Positions 29,701-37,889 of a stretch of 64,000 bases of DNA are shown here, in pieces (position 1 is the stretch's first letter; each line of letters begins with the position of its first letter). Made by a program: the position numbers and the translations under genes. The notes beneath the pieces are model-generated. The model searched no databases, was not told the origin of the DNA, and saw nothing but the letters and a program-made list of their open reading frames with translations. Where the stretch lies: NCBI GenBank assembly GCA_964603585.1, contig CAZRVK010000001.1, positions 69,327 to 133,326 of the forward strand, read 5' to 3'. Source of the stretch: an uncultured Planctomycetales bacterium. Lineage in GTDB: Bacteria; Omnitrophota; Gorgyraeia; Gygaellales; Profunditerraquicolaceae.

Positions 29701-30073
29701 GGATATCCTTTAAGCGCACCTGGGTTTTATTCAAAAGATATTCACTCTCGCCGTTACGGAATATCCTCCGGGTGATCGCCACCTCGTCATGGTCGACCGC
29801 AAAGAATTTATTTGTGTTATCGAAAGCAAGCGTCACTTCCGCCAAACTCAAAGGCTCACGCTTGTCCGTACCGTTAAAAATAACGTCCTGCATATCCGCC
29901 CCGCGCAGAGCTTTAACTGACTGCTCACCCAAAACCCAGCGCACCGAATCAAAAACATTGGACTTACCGCACCCATTAGGCCCAACGACCGCGGTCACCC
30001 CCGGCTCGAAATTAAGGACCGTCTTATCCGCAAATGATTTAAAACCTATCAGTTCCAGCCTTTTAAAATACAT
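26768..30073 (-). CDS. smc: chromosome segregation protein SMC
   Basis: ORF 26768-30121; likely start at internal MYFKRLELIGFKSF (ATG 30071-30073); Walker A GPNGCGKSN, long coiled coils, C-terminal LSGGEKSMAAVALIFAI…ILDEIDAALD. Confidence 0.9.
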   Translation of the reverse strand: MYFKRLELIGFKSFADKTVLNFEPGVTAVVGPNGCGKSNVFDSVRWVLGEQSVKALRGADMQDVIFNGTDKREPLSLAEVTLAFDNTNKFFAVDHDEVAITRRIFRNGESEYLLNKTQVRLKDILDLLMGTGIGAESYSLVQQGKIDLVLSSRPEDRRLVFDEASGITKYKAQKREALRKLEETEQNLLRVNDIILEVKRQIGSLERQANKARRYKEVFEELKAKEIKLALIQKDALQKQKDELFNTLKELEVKETELSAAIKEQESRVLSHHDELKSAEDNISKIKLEISNLENMLSRDSQHIAFNKERIIELESSKAYLATQVEQINSRLLQSQEKLDKLRQEYNALDKNIADKTAVLKEHEAELAKITAAIRLSLENIADAKKNILDLAAKISNAHNTINTLLSKQQVMLARKKRLDIERAKVNEEKNTVEGNLNNINQEVADLERDFAQLSLKLSEIKKELETENLSIKNIDSDIEDLERQNLSLLSQKEFLGKLKTEYDGIGESMNAVIYLDKLPQEKMSGLVIKVNAYPEAGNTEDPDHSQSGGFKLAGEAKPIDLDTQKISERIDQIQMKIDSLKVVKRVKESHKDTLDKDLLTSQELLRAQELALANKKAYQHTILEQFEKIRAEEELITLELTDVDNELAGFDGDVSRYQLELAELEKADGSARDAVINEENSISISNKLKEDSLIAITQIKTELDDLNRRINTDAANLKMMDEAYAQDQANLVALDAQIKDSLLRGQSLAAEISDLDTRVNQAKQTIQEKSGILGQAQSQYKMLADESSGIVEKTEADRKAMDEMKTQMYELQMSIKDVDFKYLNIKERLLQAYKTDLDSTLVPAQDPNGAVAEVVQVDVNALTQDIQRLKDKLDSYGNVNLIAIEEYDELKQRYDFLTQQQTDLVSAKESLHQAILKINRTTKQMFLETFEKVKVEFKNYFRLLFNGGDAQVFLTDESDPLESGIEVICRPPGKKLQNVLLLSGGEKSMAAVALIFAIFKVKPAPFCILDEIDAALDEANVDRFGKILQEFAKGSQFIVITHNKKTIANASVMYGITMEQSGVSKIVSVKFSQDKKPEVNDSLGRAEAKDLDTEIVEDSV

Positions 30074-30273
30074 TATCTTCTCCTCGGCACAGCCTTTGAG
30101 GAAACCGCGCCTTCCAGCCATGCATCGATTTTGTCGCGCTTAAAGCGCCATTGCCCGACTAATTTTAAAGCAGGGATCTTATTAGTTTTTAGCCATTCAT
30201 AAATGGTGCGCCGGCTGACCTTTAGATATCCTGCCAGGTCATCGATCGTCATTAATACATTATTATTTACCAT
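30073..30273 (-). CDS. HTH_17 (excisionase-family helix-turn-helix) DNA-binding protein, translationally coupled to smc
   Basis: …MTIDDLAGYLKVSRRTIYEWLKTNKIPALKLVGQWRFKRDKIDAWL; stop overlaps smc start (TAATG); the TTG start of track ORF 30073-30309 coincides with the -35 box, so start is ATG 30271-30273 or 30250-30252. Confidence 0.7.
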   Translation of the reverse strand: MVNNNVLMTIDDLAGYLKVSRRTIYEWLKTNKIPALKLVGQWRFKRDKIDAWLEGAVSSKAVPRRR

Positions 30274-30280
30274 AGATTTT

Positions 30281-30309
30281 ATTATATGTAAAGAAATAAA
30301 ATTTGTCAA
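30281..30309 (-). promoter_or_regulatory. sigma70-type promoter TTGACA-17-TATAAT for the HTH-smc operon
   Basis: minus strand: TTGACA (30304-30309) aattttatttctttaca TATAAT (30281-30286), then AAAATCT ATG. Confidence 0.6.
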
Positions 30310-30390
30310 GGAAATTCATCACATCCACTGTCATAAATATGCAGACATTAACATAATGATGAAATTACATGCTTATAAATGCTGAAATGA

Positions 30391-30430
30391 GAAGAAAAAA
30401 AATGGCGGTTCCAAAAAATCAGAACCGCCA
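30391..30430 (-). terminator. rho-independent terminator after the PilZ gene pair
   Basis: minus strand: GGCGGTTC-tgatttttt-GGAACCGCC hairpin then ATTTTTTTTCTTC. Confidence 0.65.
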
Positions 30431-30450
30431 CTTAAATTATCCCGTATTTT

Positions 30451-30801
30451 CTAAAGGTGCTGCATAAGGTATTGCTCGATATTCTTGCGGTCATCCTTAT
30501 GGATCGACGTAAACTCTATTCCGGCATCATAAGCCTGGCTGGTCCCGATATTACCAACCGCAAATTCATCGATCCATGCCACCCGTCCCTGGGCAGTAAC
30601 GCCTTTTTCATCCCCAGGCAGGGAAAATTTAAGGCTTAAGGTATCACCGATATTGAGCTTTTCCAAAGCAACGATACAAATCCCGCCGCCGCTAAGATTC
30701 TTGCTTTTTCCAACTTTTAAAAAGTCCGGTGACGAATTCAAAAGTTTATACTCTACTTCTACACTAAAATTCAGCCTGGGGAACCGCCTGCGTTCATCCA
30801 T
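30451..30801 (-). CDS. PilZ-domain c-di-GMP-binding protein
   Basis: RRRFPRLN (RxxxR) and NLSGGGICIV (D/NxSxxG) PilZ motifs. Confidence 0.75.
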   Translation of the reverse strand: MDERRRFPRLNFSVEVEYKLLNSSPDFLKVGKSKNLSGGGICIVALEKLNIGDTLSLKFSLPGDEKGVTAQGRVAWIDEFAVGNIGTSQAYDAGIEFTSIHKDDRKNIEQYLMQHL

Positions 30802-30808
30802 GATATTT

Positions 30809-31144
30809 TTAGATCTCCTCTCGTTCTACCTCTGAAACCTCCGAAGGATCGAAGAAATACACCGTTGCGTTAGCCTTGCCTTTATCGGGAGTAACCACAA
30901 GGTAATTGTTGGCTTCAAAGATCGCGCAAACCTGTTCATGAGGGAGATTGGAAAGATTAAGATCCAGCTCATCCCCCACATTGATCTGGGAAAATACCGG
31001 CCTTTTGATTCGGCTGCTAAAGGCATGAACATTGATCTTTTTGATATGCGTGTCTTTTACCGGAGCACCTGTTGCCTGTTCGGCAAACCTCTTAAACCGC
31101 TCTCTCACCTCAGGTGGAATGGGGAATTGCTTGTTCTCATTCAT
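30809..31144 (-). CDS. hypothetical protein, possible degenerate PilZ-like domain
   Basis: 111 aa; PEVRERFKRF arginine motif; strong SD AAGGAGGTG 7 nt upstream of ATG; 7-nt gap to the PilZ gene. Confidence 0.45.
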   Translation of the reverse strand: MNENKQFPIPPEVRERFKRFAEQATGAPVKDTHIKKINVHAFSSRIKRPVFSQINVGDELDLNLSNLPHEQVCAIFEANNYLVVTPDKGKANATVYFFDPSEVSEVEREEI

Positions 31145-31160
31145 AATTACACCTCCTTAT

Positions 31161-31322
31161 CCAGAAAGGATAACACCGGCGCATTACCGATTAGCGCCGG
31201 GTGTTCCAGAAAGGATAACACCGGCGCATTACCGATTAGCGCCGGGTGTTCCAGAAAGGATAACACCGGCGCATTATACCCAGTCCAGGTACACTGGCGC
31301 AATGCCGATTAGCGCCAGGTGC
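31161..31322 (-). repeat. tandem array of a 45-nt hairpin module (two identical copies, one partial, one diverged) in the leader of the PilZ gene pair
   Basis: unit CCAGAAAGGATAACACCGGCGCATTACCGATTAGCGCCGGGTGTT at 31161-31205 and 31206-31250; each has CACCGGCGC/GCGCCGG(G)TG stem; diverged copy 31292-31321 has CACTGGCGC/GCGCCAGGTG (compensatory C>T / G>A). Confidence 0.8.
31273..31302 (-). promoter_or_regulatory. candidate promoter (TTGCGC-18-TATAAT) embedded in the hairpin-repeat array
   Basis: minus strand: TTGCGC (31297-31302), 18 nt, TATAAT (31273-31278); -35 lies in the loop/stem of the diverged hairpin copy. Confidence 0.4.
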
Positions 31323-31324
31323 CG

Positions 31325-31362
31325 AAAATAAAAAAAAGCAACCCTCATTTCCCGAGAGTTGC
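31325..31362 (-). terminator. rho-independent terminator downstream of the histidine kinase gene
   Basis: minus strand: GCAACTCTC-gggaaat-GAGGGTTGC hairpin then TTTTTTTTATTTT. Confidence 0.65.
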
Positions 31363-31501
31363 CTTTACGAAAATTCTACCGGTATTTTCATTTCACGCCT
31401 CCTCTGCTGCCACTCAAAGGACTCGTCTTTTGCTGTTACCTTATTATACTACTTTTTGATCTTTTGCAAGCTTTTTTTATAATTCTGGATCCAAAGGTTT
31501 A

Positions 31502-33664
31502 TTACTTGGCTAAGGGGAGCTCAATAGTAAAGGTAGTGCCTTGCTGGTATTGGGATTCAAAAGAGATCTTGCCTTTATGCGCTTCGGTAATGATCTTTTT
31601 GATCACATAAAGGCCCAGACCAGTGCCTTTACGATTAGTGGTTTTTGTGGTAAAAAACGGGGTAAAGATCTTGTTTAAATTGCTTTCCTTCATCCCCATA
31701 CCATTATCGATAATTGTAATCTCAAGATTTGCCCCTACGGGCTTGGCATGAAAGATGATCTTTCCGCGGTAACCTTCTTCTTTTAACATAATCCTGCGTT
31801 CAACTATGGAATCATAGGCGTTATCAATAAAATTAAAGAATACCTCCTGCAGTTGCACCAGGTTACCATTTATTTTCGGTGTATCTTGAGGGTAATCGCG
31901 CACAAGATCAATATCAGGAAGCTTGATCTTATATTGCACCATAGCGATCGTACCGTCAATCACCTGATCCAAGGCCAAGGGTTCAAAATGCTCTTCTCCG
32001 GCTTTTGTGTACTTAAGTATCCCTTTAACCACCTCTCCGCCCTGTATGACATTTACCTGTATCCGGTCAAGGGCATGCGCCACATCAGAGATCATCTTCT
32101 GGATCTCCGGCGTGCATTTAGAAACATCAATATCCTTGATCGTATCGATACTATCTCCGGCAATAAGCGACAAGGCATAAAAACGGTTATTGATCTGATG
32201 AGAAAGGCCATAAGCCATAGTCCCGACAGTCGCCATCTTTTCGGTCTCGGCAACTTGCTCGGTCATTACTTTCGCATCTTCATAGAACTGGGCATTCTCA
32301 ATTGCAAGCGCCGCCTGGCTGGCCAAAACCTGAAAGACATCCAGATCGTCCAAAGTATAAATCTGCCCGGAAAGTTTATCCCCTAAAATAACAAACCCCA
32401 AGAACTTATTTTCAAGGAATATCGGAATAACCACCGAAGCATCCAACAGGCGCATATTATCTTCTAAATACTTATAAGTCGGGTTTGTGCTATCCTCCAT
32501 CTGGTGTTTTACTTCTTCATAAAGTAACGGCTCGCGTTTCACCATAATCCAGGATACTAAGGGATTTGCCGCCGGCAACCTAAAAACCGCATTTGTGCCA
32601 TGATGGCGATACACCTGCATTACATATTCATCTTTTTCCGGGTCATACAGGTAAATTGCCGCATGAGAGATATGCACAGTTTTAGTCACAATACGCACGA
32701 TTAAATCCAAAAGCCTTTTTAGGTCACGGACTCTGGTCATACCGATGGAAGCCTGTTTGAGGGTTCTTTGATACTGCTTTTGCTCCTTCAGCAGACGGTC
32801 TTCGGCTTTACGCTGGACAAAGATATAAATAAACGGCCCGACAGTAGCTAAAACTGCCATTAGCCCTAAAGGAACACCCCACCAGTTAGCGCCGAAGAGC
32901 TCAATCAACCTATCCTTAAACCATGCAACAGCCGCAAAAGGAAGACCGAGGACTAAGGTGTAAACTAAAACAAAAACACCCGCGCGAGTAATAGCAACAT
33001 TTACGTCTAAAAGCCTATATCTTAAAATAGCATAAGTTCCTATTATTCCATAAAGAGCAACTCCAAAATTACCAATAGGATAAATATCAATTCCTATGGC
33101 TGGCAGTAAAGTTGAACCTCCTCCAATAAATCCTACGGCAAATCCACCTAAAAGATATAATCCTTGAATATGCTTAAAACCACTACTTTTTCTAATAAAT
33201 CTCACTAATTCATAATGCCCCAACAAAGAAACAAAAACCCAACTACAAGACATTAAAAGATATAATATGGTTGGACTATTATAAAAAAAGTTATAAACGA
33301 GATGCCAATGAGCAAACATTACACCTTCCGGTGTAAAAATAGTTAATAACCAAAAGGTTACTCCTTGCGCATAAATCAAAGCTAAAATCTTTTTCTTATC
33401 TATCCCGCAAAAAACATATATAGTATGATAAAACAAAACCGCCAAATACAATCCTCCAGTAGTAGCTACTTTCCAACTCAACCAAGCTTCACTTGTTGTT
33501 ATGGAACGACTAAGGAGGAAAGTTCCTATTCCCCAAATCAAAACAGATAGATTAAATAGCAACCAAATCTTATGTAATCTTGATTTACCAAATATTAATA
33601 AAATTACAATCAAGATAGAGCTCACAACTGAAATCAATATCCCGGAAATTGCGAACAAATTCAT
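31502..33664 (-). CDS. sensor histidine kinase with N-terminal 7TM-receptor domain and GAF domain
   Basis: ~280-aa polytopic N-terminus (7TM-HK type), GAF region, H-box (LSHQINNRF), HATPase_c (GTGLGLYVIKKII…GTTFTIELP); start overlaps stop of the upstream oxidoreductase gene; no response regulator adjacent. Confidence 0.75.
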   Translation of the reverse strand: MNLFAISGILISVVSSILIVILLIFGKSRLHKIWLLFNLSVLIWGIGTFLLSRSITTSEAWLSWKVATTGGLYLAVLFYHTIYVFCGIDKKKILALIYAQGVTFWLLTIFTPEGVMFAHWHLVYNFFYNSPTILYLLMSCSWVFVSLLGHYELVRFIRKSSGFKHIQGLYLLGGFAVGFIGGGSTLLPAIGIDIYPIGNFGVALYGIIGTYAILRYRLLDVNVAITRAGVFVLVYTLVLGLPFAAVAWFKDRLIELFGANWWGVPLGLMAVLATVGPFIYIFVQRKAEDRLLKEQKQYQRTLKQASIGMTRVRDLKRLLDLIVRIVTKTVHISHAAIYLYDPEKDEYVMQVYRHHGTNAVFRLPAANPLVSWIMVKREPLLYEEVKHQMEDSTNPTYKYLEDNMRLLDASVVIPIFLENKFLGFVILGDKLSGQIYTLDDLDVFQVLASQAALAIENAQFYEDAKVMTEQVAETEKMATVGTMAYGLSHQINNRFYALSLIAGDSIDTIKDIDVSKCTPEIQKMISDVAHALDRIQVNVIQGGEVVKGILKYTKAGEEHFEPLALDQVIDGTIAMVQYKIKLPDIDLVRDYPQDTPKINGNLVQLQEVFFNFIDNAYDSIVERRIMLKEEGYRGKIIFHAKPVGANLEITIIDNGMGMKESNLNKIFTPFFTTKTTNRKGTGLGLYVIKKIITEAHKGKISFESQYQQGTTFTIELPLAK

Positions 33665-35094
33665 ATTTTTTTACTCTCTTTATGCAAAATTAAATCCGCA
33701 GTATCATAACCGCAACTAGCGACAAATGGAATACCACTGCTCAAATTAGTCCAATGTCCAGTTAAATATAAATTCTCAATTTGAGTGTTTTGAGATATAC
33801 TTGGATTCATAAACTGTTCAACCGTACTAGCCCATCCATAAGCTGCGCCACATGAATTTGCAGTCCAATTTCTTAAAGTCACTGGGGAAGCCGAAATCTT
33901 AGTAGAAATACAATTCGACAAATTTGGGATAACCATCTCCGCTTGTTTTATTAATAATTTCATCAATTCATCTCTTTTATGTTGGCTCCAAAACGAATCG
34001 GAATTATATAAAGCATTCGTAGTTAAACAAATCGAAGTTTTATGCGTTTCATAATCGCTCTTAGAAGTTGGGCTAGAAATAACAAAATGGCTGTTTCTTG
34101 AATTAAGAAAATTTGAATAAATTTCCTCTAAATTCATCCCATTAATAACATAAAGATTGGCGGTTAATTCACTTTGATTAAGCGAACATTTATCTTTTAA
34201 TCCTAGATACACCATAAAGCCTGAAAAAGATGAAAGAAAGGAATCAATCTCATGAAAAACCGAAATAGGAATTACCTCCTTATCAATAAGATTAGAATAA
34301 GTCTGAACTAAATCACAAGCAGAAATTACATATTTAGAAACAACTGTTTTGTTTCCTTCAATACAAATCCCTTCAACCTTTTGACGATCATTTACAAGAA
34401 TCTTTTTCACTTGTTTAGATAAAACAATACTGCCGTTTAGGTCTTTAAAACAATCAACTAAAACATTCGAAAAAGTCTGCATCCCCCCGGAGGGATAATA
34501 TCCACCATCAAATATAAACTCCCTCCAAAGTAAACAACCGACAATACCTGATATTTTAAATGAATCCACTCCGGACAGAAGAAATGTAACGACTAACACT
34601 ATAGTTATAAGCCTATGATCACTAAAATATGAACGGACAATTTGTTCAAATGTTTTCGATCGTAAAACAAGTAAATCTTTGGTTTGACTAAGCTCGATAA
34701 ACTTAAAAAAACACTCAATTTGCTTATTCTGTTCAGGAAAACATTTCTGAAAATTATCAATATTCCGTTCGATCTCACTACCTAATGATATTCTGTATTC
34801 AGGAGTAATTACCATATCCGATGGGTTATGCTTAATAAATCTTATTTTATCGGATAATTTAAAATCATTTAATATTTTCGTTAACCGCCCAGTCTTTCTC
34901 AAACTTGAAATACCATGCGCACATGCATCAAACAAATAACCATTTCTCTTAAACGATGTACAATACCCCCCTGCCTGGGCATTTTTTTCTACAATTAACG
35001 TACGCAATCCTGCCTTCGCCAGATAACAGCCACAAACCAAACCGCTGATTCCAGCTCCGATTATAACAGCATCGTAGTCGTAATTTTCTTTCAT
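33661..35094 (-). CDS. FAD-dependent oxidoreductase, phytoene desaturase/amine oxidase (CrtI) family
   Basis: N-terminal DAVIIGAGISGLVCGCYLAKAGLRTLIVEKNAQAGGY dinucleotide-binding motif; 477 aa. Confidence 0.7.
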   Translation of the reverse strand: MKENYDYDAVIIGAGISGLVCGCYLAKAGLRTLIVEKNAQAGGYCTSFKRNGYLFDACAHGISSLRKTGRLTKILNDFKLSDKIRFIKHNPSDMVITPEYRISLGSEIERNIDNFQKCFPEQNKQIECFFKFIELSQTKDLLVLRSKTFEQIVRSYFSDHRLITIVLVVTFLLSGVDSFKISGIVGCLLWREFIFDGGYYPSGGMQTFSNVLVDCFKDLNGSIVLSKQVKKILVNDRQKVEGICIEGNKTVVSKYVISACDLVQTYSNLIDKEVIPISVFHEIDSFLSSFSGFMVYLGLKDKCSLNQSELTANLYVINGMNLEEIYSNFLNSRNSHFVISSPTSKSDYETHKTSICLTTNALYNSDSFWSQHKRDELMKLLIKQAEMVIPNLSNCISTKISASPVTLRNWTANSCGAAYGWASTVEQFMNPSISQNTQIENLYLTGHWTNLSSGIPFVASCGYDTADLILHKESKKI

Positions 35095-35096
35095 AG

Positions 35097-36398
35097 TTAG
35101 TTTGCCTTTTTAAAGATTGCAGCGGCATTAAATCCGGCAAAAGCGCTGCAGACTTTTGCTGCTGTGGTTAGATTGATCTCTTTCGTGCGGGTTATTATAT
35201 CAAGATTGAACTTAGAGTCAAGATTATTACAATTTAAAGTGGCAGGGATAATATTATTCTTTAACGCTAACAAGAGTATTGCAGTCTCAATCAAAGCACT
35301 GGCTCCTAAATTATGGCCGATATAAGGCTTGAATGCGCTGATCAAAGGCGTCTTCGGATGTTTGCCAAAAATCGCGGTGATTGCCAGTGATTCATAATAA
35401 TCGATCACCTGATACCCCACTCCATGAGGACAAATCAGATCAATATCTTCTTTAGTTACACCCGCCTGAACAAAGGCTTTTGTGATCGCTTTTTGATACG
35501 AATCACTCCCTAATTGCGGCACTGTGATCTTCCATCCCTCTAAATCAAACCCTCCGCCCAAATACTCGGCATAGATCTGGGCATTACGGTCTCTGGCATG
35601 TTCATAATCTTCCATGACAAGCCCGACTCCGCCATCGCCAAAGACAAGCCCGGTACTGTCCTTACAAAAAGGCCTGATTATTCCGTCTTTCGAATATATT
35701 CCCAGCCCCTTAAACCACACATATTTATATATATCGGGATAATCAGACGCGGCAACCACACAAACCTTTGCCTGGCGGTTCTTTAAGATCTGTGCTGCTG
35801 ACTCCAAAGCATATAAACCCGAGGCACAGGCATTATTAATAAAAAGCGAGTATTCGGATATATTGAATACCCTGGCAACATGAAAAAGATCGGCAAAGGT
35901 TTGAATATCATAACCGCTTTTTAGAAATGACCGGTAAAATTTATCGATAAAATCCTTTTTGGAGATATCGCTTCTTTTCTTGCCGATGAGCATATCATAA
36001 GCCAAATTGCTTACTTTATAGCCGAACGGCATCAATCCCAGGTTTTCATGCGCAAGGACAAGGCTAATCCCGTTATTTTCAACTTTATAATCTATCTTAC
36101 TATCATCCAAAGCCAGCTTTACAGCCGCAATGAGATAATTAAGGTCGATGATCTCCTCGCCTTCTTTCCAGGCTTTAATATCATCTAATCTGCCTTTATC
36201 TAACCCGAACTTCGAAAGGTCAAAACCTTCTACTTTATGGAAATAAAATTCATCCCAGAGTTCCTCATCAATAAAAACCTTTTCCCGGGACAAATTAACT
36301 TTTTGATCGAGTACCCCTTGCCAAAAATTTTCTTTGCCTATACCCACAGAGCTGATCGGGCCAATACCGGTTATCACAACCCTCTTTTCTTTATTCAT
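35097..36398 (-). CDS. beta-ketoacyl-ACP synthase, FabF/FabB family (Cys-His-His) with N-terminal insertion
   Basis: active-site NNACASG Cys, PHGVGY and IGHNLGASA His motifs; 433 aa. Confidence 0.75.
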   Translation of the reverse strand: MNKEKRVVITGIGPISSVGIGKENFWQGVLDQKVNLSREKVFIDEELWDEFYFHKVEGFDLSKFGLDKGRLDDIKAWKEGEEIIDLNYLIAAVKLALDDSKIDYKVENNGISLVLAHENLGLMPFGYKVSNLAYDMLIGKKRSDISKKDFIDKFYRSFLKSGYDIQTFADLFHVARVFNISEYSLFINNACASGLYALESAAQILKNRQAKVCVVAASDYPDIYKYVWFKGLGIYSKDGIIRPFCKDSTGLVFGDGGVGLVMEDYEHARDRNAQIYAEYLGGGFDLEGWKITVPQLGSDSYQKAITKAFVQAGVTKEDIDLICPHGVGYQVIDYYESLAITAIFGKHPKTPLISAFKPYIGHNLGASALIETAILLLALKNNIIPATLNCNNLDSKFNLDIITRTKEINLTTAAKVCSAFAGFNAAAIFKKAN

Positions 36399-36657
36399 TG
36401 GACCCTTTTTCTAAAGCCTGGCGCACAATCTCCACCGCATGCCTAATCGTAGATATCTTGGGGATTTGTTCATCTTTGATGCGCACCTTATACCGTTTTT
36501 CGATCGCTACCGTCATTTCGATCGCCTTGATCGAGTCTATCCCCAGATCTTGCCAGAAGTTGGCGTCAAGTTTCAACTCCTCAATATTCCTGCCGGTAAC
36601 ATCTGAAACCACCTGTGTTATCTCAACCTCTAAATTATCATTTTTATCCTTTGCCAT
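36391..36657 (-). CDS. acyl carrier protein (dedicated)
   Basis: ORF 36391-36783; likely start at internal MAKDKND (ATG 36655-36657) giving 88 aa; DLGIDSIKAIEM phosphopantetheine-attachment motif. Confidence 0.7.
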   Translation of the reverse strand: MAKDKNDNLEVEITQVVSDVTGRNIEELKLDANFWQDLGIDSIKAIEMTVAIEKRYKVRIKDEQIPKISTIRHAVEIVRQALEKGSNE

Positions 36658-36661
36658 AGAT

Positions 36662-37885
36662 CTACTCCTTTTGAAGGTTAAATTTGCCAAGCAGTAAACA
36701 CGCGTTGTTGCCTCCAAAGGCAAAACTATTGTTGAGCACAATTGCTGTGCTCTGTTTACGGGATTGGTTCGGGACACAATCAATATCGCACTCCGGATCG
36801 GGAGTCTCGTAATTTATTGTTGGAGGGATAATATCATTTTTGACACTAAGGCAGCAGGCAACCGCTTCGATCGCCGATGCCGCCCCCATGGTATGCCCCA
36901 GCATTGATTTTATAGAGCTTACCGGAACTTTGCGATGACTGAAAACCTTGTTGATCGCAGCAGACTCTGCCTTATCGTTGTTCCTGGTGCCGGTGCCGTG
37001 CGCGCTGATATAATCGACTTCATCCGGGGATACGCCAGAACGCAGGAGTGCATTCGACATACACTCGGCAATACCGTCAATATGCGGGCTGGTCATATGA
37101 AAAGCGTCGCAGCTCAAGCCATAACCGAGGATCTCCGCATAAATCGGTGCGTTTCTTTTTACGGCAGAATCCAGGGTTTCAATGATAAGGACCCCGGAAC
37201 CTTCCCCCTGAAGCATCCCTTTCCGGTTTTTGTCAAAAGGCTGGCATTTCTCCGGCGCCATCGCCCGCAGCTGGCCAAACCCGGTAAACGATAAATACGA
37301 AAAAGCATCCGCACCTCCAGCAATAATCAAATCCGCTTTATTCCTCTGCAGAAGATCATAACCATAACCGATCGCATAATTACCCGCAGCGCAGGCAGTA
37401 GTAAATATCCGATTAGGGCCTTTAGTCTTGAATTCAACCGAAACATTCGAGGAGATATTATGTACCGGATACTGGATTATTGACCAGTGGCTGATATTCT
37501 CTTTTCCATGCCTGACCCAGACCGCATCCATTTCCTCTATCTTTTGCGCCTCTCCACTGGTCGTGCCAAAGATAACCGCAGTCTTTTCGGCATTCATCTT
37601 CTTATGGCTTAATTTCGAGTCATGCAGGGCAAGACGGGTAGCCGCAATAGCAAGATGCGATGCCCTGGCCATAAGTTTTATCTTTCGCGGGCTTAGGTAT
37701 TCTTCGGGCTTAAAATCCTTTATTTCTCCGGCATTATGCACAAAGTGGTCTTTAGTATCGAAGAACTCGACTTTAGAGATCCCGGATTTTCCTTTGATCA
37801 GGTTATTCCAGAAAATATCCTTGCCTGATCCGATAGAACTGACCACCCCTAATCCGGTAATCACAACACGCTTCTTTTCCGTCAT
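36662..37885 (-). CDS. beta-ketoacyl-ACP synthase II-like (FabF family, Cys-His-His intact)
   Basis: ORF 36662-37951; likely start at internal MTEKKRVVITGLGVV; TTACAAGNYAIG (Cys), ISAHGTGT (His), SMLGHTMGAAS (His). Confidence 0.8.
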   Translation of the reverse strand: MTEKKRVVITGLGVVSSIGSGKDIFWNNLIKGKSGISKVEFFDTKDHFVHNAGEIKDFKPEEYLSPRKIKLMARASHLAIAATRLALHDSKLSHKKMNAEKTAVIFGTTSGEAQKIEEMDAVWVRHGKENISHWSIIQYPVHNISSNVSVEFKTKGPNRIFTTACAAGNYAIGYGYDLLQRNKADLIIAGGADAFSYLSFTGFGQLRAMAPEKCQPFDKNRKGMLQGEGSGVLIIETLDSAVKRNAPIYAEILGYGLSCDAFHMTSPHIDGIAECMSNALLRSGVSPDEVDYISAHGTGTRNNDKAESAAINKVFSHRKVPVSSIKSMLGHTMGAASAIEAVACCLSVKNDIIPPTINYETPDPECDIDCVPNQSRKQSTAIVLNNSFAFGGNNACLLLGKFNLQKE

Positions 37886-37889
37886 AAGC

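Noticed and set aside
30307-30309. TTG start codon of the HTH ORF as given in the ORF track
   Set aside because: The TTG is the first three bases of a perfect TTGACA -35 hexamer positioned 17 nt from TATAAT; the real start must be a downstream ATG (30273 or 30252).
31161-31322. CRISPR array
   Set aside because: Repeat units abut directly with no spacers, there are only ~3.5 units, and no cas genes are in the window.
30938-31331. Track ORFs 30938-31312 and 31032-31331 with internally repeated peptide (SRKDNTGALPISAGC x3)
   Set aside because: They are translations of the 45-nt tandem hairpin repeat; the repetition is nucleotide-level and the region is better explained as structured non-coding leader.
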